Positions 34,369 to 41,897 of a stretch of 59,758 nucleotides of DNA are shown here, piece after piece (the first letter of the stretch is position 1; each line of letters opens with the position of its first letter). The translations under genes were made by a program, and so were the position numbers. The notes under the pieces are model-generated. The model made no database searches. It was not told the origin of the DNA and worked only from the letters and a program-made list of their open reading frames with translations. Source of the stretch: a virus (taxonomy: Duplodnaviria; Heunggongvirae; Uroviricota; Caudoviricetes); the IMG/VR virus record IMGVR_UViG_3300025310_000004, positions 1 to 59,758 of that record, one strand, 5' to 3'.

Positions 34369-34535
34369 GGGCCGCGGCTAGTACCTCCTTGGCGCTGGGC
34401 GCTGAGAACGACTGCGGCCCGGCATACGGCCCCCCGCCCCCCCAGGAAGGACGCACGGGGGGCATACCCGACTGGCCGAGGCCCGGCCTCTGCTTAGGCG
34501 GCCCGGCCCGGCTCCGCCGCCGCCCGCCTCCCGAC

Positions 34536-34598
34536 CGAACACGCGTTCGGGCCGAACAAGCGTTCGGGCCAAACACGCGTTCGGCGAACGGCCGTTCG
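34536..34598. promoter_or_regulatory. Tandem array of four SOS boxes
   Basis: Boxes at 34536, 34553, 34570 (CAAAC variant), 34585. Confidence 0.8.
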
Positions 34599-34881
34599 TG
34601 GGCCGATCGGCCCACCACGCCCGACGGGGCGCGGCGAGCGCCACCACGGGCGCCGACGACGACCACACCCGACGGGCGCGCCGACGCCGACGGCGTAGCG
34701 GGCGCAACCACTACCACGACCACGGCGCCGCGGTCAACCACCACGCCGACGACGACCACGCCGACGACGCCGACGACGCCGGGCACGGGAGGGTACTTGA
34801 CCACGCCGACGGGATCGCCTAAGGTAACGACGACCAACCACCACGGCGCCACCACGGCGCCGCCCGACCACGGGAGACACC

Positions 34882-35319
34882 ATGACCACCACGACCGACA
34901 CCATGACCACCACGACGGGCGGGCGCATCGTGCGCGCCTACGCGGTGAGCGTGAGCATGGCAGGGTACCTGCCGAACGACGGCGCCGTGGCGCTCTACGC
35001 CGATGCCTACGACGCCGTGCGCGACGCCGTGGACACGTTGCGCCGTGACGCCGACGACGTTTGGTCACTCCACGACGACGACGCCGACATGGCGCGCGAT
35101 GCCGCGGCACCCTACGACGACGCGGCAAGCGCGCTCGCCGCGTCGGCCGACGCCGTGGCCGCGCACCTACTCACGGCGCCGATGGACTACGGGCACGACG
35201 TCATCGTGCGATCGGTCTACGGTCCAACCATGGTCTACCGCGTCGCGGTCGTCGCGGCGTGCTGCCCGTCGGTCGTGGACGGGCGCGGCCACGACGGCGC
35301 GCCGTGGTCGTGCGATTGA
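34882..35319 (+). CDS. Low-complexity hypothetical protein
   Basis: TTGACC-N17-TAAGGT promoter, GGGAG RBS; no E, K, Q or F. Confidence 0.65.
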   Translation: MTTTTDTMTTTTGGRIVRAYAVSVSMAGYLPNDGAVALYADAYDAVRDAVDTLRRDADDVWSLHDDDADMARDAAAPYDDAASALAASADAVAAHLLTAPMDYGHDVIVRSVYGPTMVYRVAVVAACCPSVVDGRGHDGAPWSCD

Positions 35320-35493
35320 CCACGACGACCACCACGACGACCACGGGCGCCCGCTCACGACGGGCGCCCGTGGCGCGTCACGACGCCGACGACGACGGGC
35401 ACGGGAGGGTACTTGACCACGCCGACGGGATCGCCTAAGGTAACGACGACCAACCACCACGGCGCCGACGGCGCCACGACCACGGGAGACACC

Positions 35494-35880
35494 ATGACCA
35501 CTCTCACGCCCGCCACCACGCCCGACGCGCCGACCACGCCCGACACCTACGCACGGCGCCTAGTGGCCGCGGGATTCACGCTCCACGACGCCCGACGCAT
35601 CGCACGCGACGCCGACGCCCGCGGCGCGTTCACGCCGACCACGGCGCCCGCCTACGACGACGCCGACACCGCGGCGGGCGCGGGATGGTCGGTCGTGGCG
35701 CTCCACGCCGACGGGCGCGGAGAGATTCTGACCACCACGCCGACGCACGGCGCCGCGGCCACGCTCGCCGCGGGCTACGACCGCGCCGCGACCATCGGCG
35801 CCGCCACGGGCGCCCGTCGGCGCTCGCGCATCGTGGTCGTGCCCGCCTACGACGCCGACGCCGTGGCGGGCGCGCGATGA
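35494..35880 (+). CDS. Low-complexity hypothetical protein
   Basis: Duplicated promoter/RBS block upstream. Confidence 0.6.
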   Translation: MTTLTPATTPDAPTTPDTYARRLVAAGFTLHDARRIARDADARGAFTPTTAPAYDDADTAAGAGWSVVALHADGRGEILTTTPTHGAAATLAAGYDRAATIGAATGARRRSRIVVVPAYDADAVAGAR

Positions 35881-35960
35881 CCACCGCGCCGACGGGCGGG
35901 CGCACCACGGCGCCCGCCCACCACGACCGACCGACCACCACGACCACCACGGGAGACACC

Positions 35961-36539
35961 ATGACCACGCTCACGCTCACGCCCGCCACGACCGACGCCG
36001 TGCGATTCACCACGGCGCCCGCTACGCCGTTCACGCCGACGCCCGTGGTGCTCACCGCGGGAACGGTCGTCGCGATTCGTTGGGCAGGGTACAACGGCGT
36101 GCGCGGCGCCACGGCGTTGCACAAGACCGAAACGGTCGTGAGCGTGGCCACGACCGACGGCGTGCGCGGCGTGCTCACGCTCACGGGCGGCGCTTACAAG
36201 AACGGCGCCACCACGCGCACGCTCAACACTCACCGCGCCGATGGGCGCCCGTCGTCGCAGATTCTCGGCGCCTACCCTGTCGGCGCCGTGGTGGCGGCGC
36301 TCGCCGCGGTCATGGGCGCCACGCCCGCCACGACCGACGCCGACGACCACGCCGACGCCGACGGCGCCACGACCGACGACCACGACCACGACGGCGACGG
36401 CGTGCCCGTGGTGGGCGGGCGCAGCGTGGCGGCGCGGCGAGGGTACGCGCGGGCTAAGCGGGCGGCGCGTCGCACGCTACGACGCGTGGAGCGCCGCGAC
36501 GCGATCCGCGCAGCGTGGCACGACCACGCCGACGCGTGA
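35961..36539 (+). CDS. Low-complexity hypothetical protein
   Basis: GGGAG RBS, basic C-terminus. Confidence 0.6.
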   Translation: MTTLTLTPATTDAVRFTTAPATPFTPTPVVLTAGTVVAIRWAGYNGVRGATALHKTETVVSVATTDGVRGVLTLTGGAYKNGATTRTLNTHRADGRPSSQILGAYPVGAVVAALAAVMGATPATTDADDHADADGATTDDHDHDGDGVPVVGGRSVAARRGYARAKRAARRTLRRVERRDAIRAAWHDHADA

Positions 36540-37040
36540 CCGCGGGCGCCGACGGGCGCCGACCACGACCACGGGCGCCCACCACGGGCGCCCGTGGCGC
36601 GTCCACGCCGACGCCCGCTCACGGGCACGCGTGGCACTCACGGGCACCACGACGCCCGACGGCGCGCCACGGGCGGCGCTCACGGGCGCCTAGGCGGCGC
36701 TCACGGGCGCCTAGGCGGCGCCCGTGCCCGTGCCCGTTGTGCCCGACCACGGGAGACACCACGACGAACGACGCGACGACGAACGACGCGACGAAACGAC
36801 GCGACGAAACGACGACCGACGACGACGCCCGACCACGGGCGCCACGCCGACGCCCGCTCACGGGCACGCGTGGCACTCACGGGCACCACGACGCCCGACG
36901 GCGACGACCGACGACGACGACCGGCGACGACGACGAACGACGCGACGAAACGACGCGACGAAACGACGCGACGAAACGACGCGACGACCGACGACCGACG
37001 ACCGACGACGACGCCCGACCACGGGCGCCACGCTCACGCC
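36540..37040. repeat. Non-coding T-depleted micro-repeat block
   Basis: 57-bp duplication (36604 and 36844), ACGACGCGACGAA tandems, T-free runs of over 100 nt. Confidence 0.8.
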
Positions 37041-37145
37041 CGAACGCGTGTTCGGCCGAACGCGTGTTCGTGGGCCGAACGACCTACGAACGTCTGTTCG
37101 CCCGAACGCGTGTTCGGCGCGTCGCGAGTACCGAACGCGTGTTCG
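37041..37145. promoter_or_regulatory. Array of five SOS boxes
   Basis: CGAAC-N4-GTTCG at 37041, 37057, 37087, 37103, 37132. Confidence 0.85.
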
Positions 37146-37685
37146 AGCGCCCCACCCCCCCTCCCCCACACCCCCACACATGGACGCCGGATAATAGCAC
37201 CTACCCCGACATTTCAATCCGCTACCTAGAAGTTGGGATAATAGGGTAGAACTCCGACTCCCTCCCTCCATCTCGGTGTGGATCGACGTGCGTTGTGATC
37301 CCTCCCCCCCTGATGCAGTGGACCAACGGGTCGATGGGTCGTCGGCGGACTCGGGGTCCTCGGACAACTCACGACATCCGGCGGCCTGATAATAGGGTGT
37401 AGGTATGCCCACTATTATCGTTGTGACCGATGGGTCACAATCGTGCACATCTCCCCAATGTGACTGATCGTGCACACCGGCTTTCCATTCGCTGTCGGAA
37501 CCGCACCGCAACCTACGAGTGGGTGTGAGGTTCCACCCCGGAATCGACAATCGGAAAGCGCTACTGAGCAACTCAGTGCGCGCCCAGATGGAAAGCAAAG
37601 TTGCACTTAGGGGGCCTAAGGGTAAGCAGAGTTTCCATTCGGGGGGCTAAGGGTGCATGGAGACAACCTTGGGCCGACAAAGGCG

Positions 37686-37713
37686 AAGGCCCCCGACCGG
37701 AGTCGAGGGCCTT
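37686..37713 (-). terminator. Hairpin terminator for the leftward operon
   Basis: 12-bp stem with one G-U pair on the minus strand. Confidence 0.55.
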
Positions 37714-37848
37714 GCCCGAAAGGAGTGACACCATGGTGACCAAACCACGGAGTCGGCGTCTGCCATAGGGACCAACCACCGGCAGACACCTGATGGCCAC
37801 GGGAGTGACCGAGACGCACTCTACCAGGCGAGTGCGACACTGAGATGC

Positions 37849-38280
37849 TCAGTCTGACGCCTTGGCGGCGGCAGCCTTCTTGCGGGCCTTGCGGCGGTCA
37901 CGCAGGTACGCCGACCATGCCGTGCGGCACTCCTCGCAGCGGCAGTCCCAATTGGAGTAGCCGCTCACACCATGCTGGCGAGGCTCGCGCTCGCCCTTGC
38001 GGAACCGACTGACCCGACGGTCCTTGATCTGGCGCTGGACCTCACGGTTGGCTGCCTTGCAGCCGTCGCAGCGACACCCACGGGTGTAGGCGGCTGCCGA
38101 TGGACACGGGCGGGTGATCTCGGGCTCGTACCCGCTCAAGATGCCCTCGGACCCTGCCCAGCGCTGTACGGTGCGCTTGGACACCCCAGCCAACTCCGCT
38201 GCTGCGGTTGCCCCCTGCTCGGCGTAGACCTTGAGCACCTTCTCACGGGGGACGGTGGTGGTTTCGGTTGCAGTCGCCAT
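37849..38280 (-). CDS. HTH plus Zn-binding (CRC..C) protein
   Basis: AAELAGVSKRTVQRW; Y..GCRCDGC, HG..GY...CRCEEC. Confidence 0.75.
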   Translation of the reverse strand: MATATETTTVPREKVLKVYAEQGATAAAELAGVSKRTVQRWAGSEGILSGYEPEITRPCPSAAAYTRGCRCDGCKAANREVQRQIKDRRVSRFRKGEREPRQHGVSGYSNWDCRCEECRTAWSAYLRDRRKARKKAAAAKASD

Positions 38281-38410
38281 TGGCGTTCTCCTTATCTCGT
38301 GCGAACCTGGCGTGAGCATAGCGGCGTCGGACGACTACCGCAATATCGCCAAAGAGGGCGAGGGCGCAAGGCCCCCGCCCCCCGTTGGCGGATGTTCGGT
38401 TGTGGGGCGA

Positions 38411-39544
38411 TCAGGCGGTGGCGGCCAACTGCAGGGCAGCCAGACCAGCCTCCTCCAACTCACCAGCGCGGTCGGGATCGAGCACCGTCTGGGCGAAGGA
38501 GGTGACCGCCTGCATCACGCCTCCGGCGGTGGTGTCGCCACCGGAGATGAAGTGACCCAGGATGCCCTCGGCCTCGTCCTTGGTGAACGACAGCGCCTTG
38601 GACACCTTCTCGATGACCTTGGTGGGCTGGGCGACCTGCACGCCAGCGGCCTCGCTGATCTCGGCGATCTTGGCCTCGACGTAGGAGGTGTTGCAGAACG
38701 TGGCGACCGCATCGCGGGCCTGGGCGGTCACCAACTCGACGTTCTTGCGGTTGGTGTCGTCGCTCCACTGGATCACGCCCTCGTCCATGCGGGACCCCAG
38801 GTGGACCTTGCGGAGCGCGTCCTTGGTGATGGTCATGCCGTTGCGGCACACCTGCACCACCAGCCGCGGGGTGATGGTGAACGCACCGCCGCCCGTCTCG
38901 GAGTTCGAGATGACGAACCCGGCGAACACCACGGGGTTCTCGGCCCCGGTCTGGCCGGTGAAGGGGCTGCGGTAGTTGGCCAGCAGCGCCGGGGCAAGCG
39001 CCTGCACCGCGGGGGCCTGGACCCGCACGCTCATGCGCCGCTCGCTCAGGTCACAACCGACGACCTCGACCTCGGCCCCGGCATCCTTGATGCCAGCGAG
39101 CGCGGCGAGCAGCACGTCGTAGTTGTCGTAGCAGTTGAAGCGGTCGGACAGGAACGCCCGGCCGATGCCGCAGTCCTCGCCGTCACCCTTGAAGCCCCGC
39201 ACGAACCACTGCTTGGACGACGCGGCGAGCCAGTGGTTGACGTTGGCGTCGAGCAGATAGGCGGAGTCGGCGGCGGCGCGCATCTTGCGGATGTAGCGCA
39301 CCGGGATGTCGAGGCGGCTGGCGAGGCCGTCATCGAAGATGTCGGTGGGGGTGAGGCAGACCTCGACGGGCGTGACGCCCTCGTCGGTGATGATGGCCTC
39401 GGCACCCGACACGATCAGGTTGCCGCCCTCGAAGCGCAGCGAGTCGGAGTGCGCCACCACGTCGAAGCGAGCGTCGGCCTGGGTCTTGAGGACCTCGGCG
39501 ATCTCGGACAGCGTGGCGTTGCGGAGCAGAGTCGGTGTGGTCAT
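38411..39544 (-). CDS. DUF932-like phage protein
   Basis: RAFLSDRF..YDN, GFVISNSETGGGA..I.PRL...VCRNGM, ..VHLG. Confidence 0.7.
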   Translation of the reverse strand: MTTPTLLRNATLSEIAEVLKTQADARFDVVAHSDSLRFEGGNLIVSGAEAIITDEGVTPVEVCLTPTDIFDDGLASRLDIPVRYIRKMRAAADSAYLLDANVNHWLAASSKQWFVRGFKGDGEDCGIGRAFLSDRFNCYDNYDVLLAALAGIKDAGAEVEVVGCDLSERRMSVRVQAPAVQALAPALLANYRSPFTGQTGAENPVVFAGFVISNSETGGGAFTITPRLVVQVCRNGMTITKDALRKVHLGSRMDEGVIQWSDDTNRKNVELVTAQARDAVATFCNTSYVEAKIAEISEAAGVQVAQPTKVIEKVSKALSFTKDEAEGILGHFISGGDTTAGGVMQAVTSFAQTVLDPDRAGELEEAGLAALQLAATA

Positions 39545-39593
39545 GGATGATCTCCTTTCGTTGGTGGCCGCCCTCTGGCGACCCGATGAGGAG

Positions 39594-39640
39594 ACTATAG
39601 CAGGTGGGTGCGACACCGACTATGGGTCGGGCGGATCATT
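39594..39640 (-). promoter_or_regulatory. Composite phage promoter
   Basis: TGTCGCACC-N7-TATAGT preceded by AATGATCCGCCCGACCCATAG. Confidence 0.75.
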
Positions 39641-39820
39641 CGTCTCGATGCCCTCGATGGGGAACCCGCAGAGGAACTTGATCAGCGCCGTCTCGCAGTT
39701 CACGCAGACGTGCCACTTCTTCACGGTGCCCGCCTTGCGGTACAGCGGAGAGGAGAACACCAGCGCGCCGGGGGCTTCCAACTCGCGCTTGCAGCGCACG
39801 CAGTTGATGTGCAGCGCCAT
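39620..39820 (-). CDS. Zn-finger hypothetical protein
   Basis: CVRC...CVNC. Confidence 0.6.
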   Translation of the reverse strand: MALHINCVRCKRELEAPGALVFSSPLYRKAGTVKKWHVCVNCETALIKFLCGFPIEGIETNDPPDP

Positions 39821-39996
39821 CAGAACGGCACGTCGTCGTGCTCGCCGATCACATCGTTGATCCAAGCCAAGATGCGCTGGCGCTCACCCTTGGTGACGGT
39901 GTGGTCGAGCAGCAGGCGGTGGATGGCCACCATGACCTGCAACTCCGATGGGATGGCGTCGGGCACCGCGATGTGCCAGATGAGTGGTTCGGTCAC
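39820..39996 (-). CDS. Hypothetical protein (58 aa, not in the ORF track)
   Basis: MTEPLIWHIAVP..., overlaps both neighbours. Confidence 0.6.
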   Translation of the reverse strand: MTEPLIWHIAVPDAIPSELQVMVAIHRLLLDHTVTKGERQRILAWINDVIGEHDDVPF

Positions 39997-40313
39997 GACC
40001 CCTCCTGGGCGATGAGGGCAAGCAGGTGCTTGCGGATGAACTCATGGGGCTGGCAGCGGCCCTCGTGCTCGTAGGGCAGACGACATGCCGAGACTCCGCC
40101 CTCGATCACCACCGACTCGGGGCACTCGTTGATCTCGCGGCTGAACTTCTGGCTGCAGGTCTTGCACAAGGTGTGCTTGGCGAGGTTCAGTCTCTTGTCG
40201 GCCAACTCGGGAAAGTCCCGAACGGCTACCTGTCGCTCCTTGCCACACCTACAGGTGACCCACGCGAAGGTGTGGATCGACTCCGGGTGATACAGACGCC
40301 TGTCGTCGCTCAC
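39993..40313 (-). CDS. Cys-rich hypothetical protein
   Basis: GTGA overlap. Confidence 0.6.
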   Translation of the reverse strand: MSDDRRLYHPESIHTFAWVTCRCGKERQVAVRDFPELADKRLNLAKHTLCKTCSQKFSREINECPESVVIEGGVSACRLPYEHEGRCQPHEFIRKHLLALIAQEGS

Positions 40314-40489
40314 GATCCGTACCTCCGTTCCACGGGCTTGTCGGCCTCGTTCGCCAACTCCATCAGCGTCGCCAGGTTCCTGCAGTCCGGCCGACATAGC
40401 GAGACGCGCAACTCCTTGCGGCCGTTGATCACCGTGGGCAACAAGAAGCAGCCACACGGCAGCGTCGTCGGTGCGGGAGTGTCACTCAT
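40310..40489 (-). CDS. Hypothetical protein
   Basis: ATGA overlap. Confidence 0.6.
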   Translation of the reverse strand: MSDTPAPTTLPCGCFLLPTVINGRKELRVSLCRPDCRNLATLMELANEADKPVERRYGS

Positions 40490-40695
40490 TGGTCCCACCA
40501 GTTGATTCCACCCTCGCGGTAGATGACGAGATCGCAGAACTCATGCTCGATCAAGAAGTGCTCCCAAGCCTCCTTGGCGTCTGACCACCCATCGGAACGT
40601 GGGTAGCCAAGCAGACCGACCCCTCCTGTTGAACGGCGAATCTCGGGTCCCTCTGCGCCGTGAGTGGCGCAGTAGGCGGTGAAGTGGGTGCTCAT
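40486..40695 (-). CDS. Hypothetical protein
   Basis: ATGA overlap. Confidence 0.6.
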   Translation of the reverse strand: MSTHFTAYCATHGAEGPEIRRSTGGVGLLGYPRSDGWSDAKEAWEHFLIEHEFCDLVIYREGGINWWDQ

Positions 40696-40874
40696 TGTCC
40701 TTGTCCTGGGTAGGGCTTCCATCCGTCGGTGGTGTCGATGCAGACCTCGTGTGCCGCCACACACGCGTTGCGATCATCCTCGCTCTCCACAAGCACCGAG
40801 ACGCCCCAGATCAGCAGGCCGCCCGCAACACCCATCACGATGACGAACGCAGCGACCATGAGTCGATCCATCAT
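40692..40874 (-). CDS. Small membrane protein
   Basis: N-terminal TM helix. Confidence 0.6.
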   Translation of the reverse strand: MMDRLMVAAFVIVMGVAGGLLIWGVSVLVESEDDRNACVAAHEVCIDTTDGWKPYPGQGQ

Positions 40875-41065
40875 TGATGCCTCGATGCTTCGAGTTGAGC
40901 CTTGGCCCGAGCCTGGAACTCGATGGCGTCATCAACACGGTCGGTGGAGAAGAAGCGACCGAAGTCGGTGACGATGCCTCCGTCGATGCCAGCGCAGCCA
41001 ACCCATCCGCCGCAGTTCTGGCACTCGGTGGGGTCGCCATAATAGAGGCAGATCATGTCAGGCAT
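40871..41065 (-). CDS. Hypothetical protein
   Basis: Operon overlap. Confidence 0.6.
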   Translation of the reverse strand: MPDMICLYYGDPTECQNCGGWVGCAGIDGGIVTDFGRFFSTDRVDDAIEFQARAKAQLEASRHQ

Positions 41066-41495
41066 CGAGGGCCTGCCTCAGTCGGCTGATCACGAACATC
41101 CGAGTCTCCTGAGCGCCGTAGTTGATGTTGCGGTCGTCCCAATCGGACAGGTCGCGCCAGTACGTCTCCACCGAGTCGAACTCGCGCACCAGATCACCGA
41201 GCAGCACCGTGATCTGCTGGCGCAGGTCGCCCCGGATGGCAGCCATGGCTTCATCGAGATCGTCGTAGACGGCGACATGGGTGGCGTCCTCGATCACGAG
41301 GTGGCGATAACCCTCGTCCGTCTCGTAGGTGACGATCGGCTTGATGCGGTCATGGCCACAGCACGATGCGAGCGTGCGGAAGCCGTACTGGTTGAGGGCG
41401 CGCACCCATGGGGCGATGCACGGGTCGCAGAACACCGTGGGGCGTCCGTTGGCGTCGCGCTCGATCACCTCGTCGGGCAGGTCGTAGTCACACAT
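41058..41495 (-). CDS. Conserved hypothetical protein
   Basis: DPCIAP.VRALN..G.RT.ASCCGH motif. Confidence 0.65.
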   Translation of the reverse strand: MCDYDLPDEVIERDANGRPTVFCDPCIAPWVRALNQYGFRTLASCCGHDRIKPIVTYETDEGYRHLVIEDATHVAVYDDLDEAMAAIRGDLRQQITVLLGDLVREFDSVETYWRDLSDWDDRNINYGAQETRMFVISRLRQALDA

Positions 41496-41716
41496 CAGCC
41501 GCAGAAGTGGGGGTTGGGTGCGCCGTTCCACAGGGGACGGCGGTCGGACTCAGGGCAACGTGGAACCTGCTCGGAGCCTGGGCACGGGATGCTGTACGGA
41601 AGGTCACCGGGACCATCGAGCGAAGCGTGGAACGGGATGAGGCGCGTCAGGCTGGTGTTGGTGAACAGGTGCCCGCAGTGGGGGCACATCACCTTGTGCG
41701 CCAGGTCAGTCGTCAT
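41495..41716 (-). CDS. Zn-ribbon hypothetical protein
   Basis: CPHCG...H...CPGS. Confidence 0.6.
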   Translation of the reverse strand: MTTDLAHKVMCPHCGHLFTNTSLTRLIPFHASLDGPGDLPYSIPCPGSEQVPRCPESDRRPLWNGAPNPHFCG

Positions 41717-41897
41717 CGCCGACCACCACCGTGTCGCTGCCCGTGAGGAAGGTCAGGAACTTCTCGGCGCGCCCGATGAGGTCGTCGGTGCGGTAGTTCA
41801 CCCCGAGGGTGGCGGGGGAATCGCCGAACGACTCAATGGCGAGTCGCATGGCGCGCTCGCGTCTGACGAACTCCCGATCCAAGGACTGCTCACGCAT
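41706..41897 (-). CDS. Hypothetical protein
   Basis: GAGG RBS, overlap. Confidence 0.6.
   Translation of the reverse strand: MREQSLDREFVRRERAMRLAIESFGDSPATLGVNYRTDDLIGRAEKFLTFLTGSDTVVVGDDD

Noticed and set aside
22500-37145. CRISPR array
   Set aside because: The repeats are heterogeneous, irregularly spaced and separated by genes. There is no constant repeat-spacer period and no cas gene.
29472-37145. Phosphorothioate (GAAC/GTTC) target clustering as the explanation for the CGAAC..GTTCG repeats
   Set aside because: The strict N4 dyad with an RNNY spacer fits a dimeric LexA-type operator. Dnd sites need no such pairing.
37421-37440. CRP/GlxR site
   Set aside because: TGTGA and TCACA are 8 bp apart rather than the required 6.
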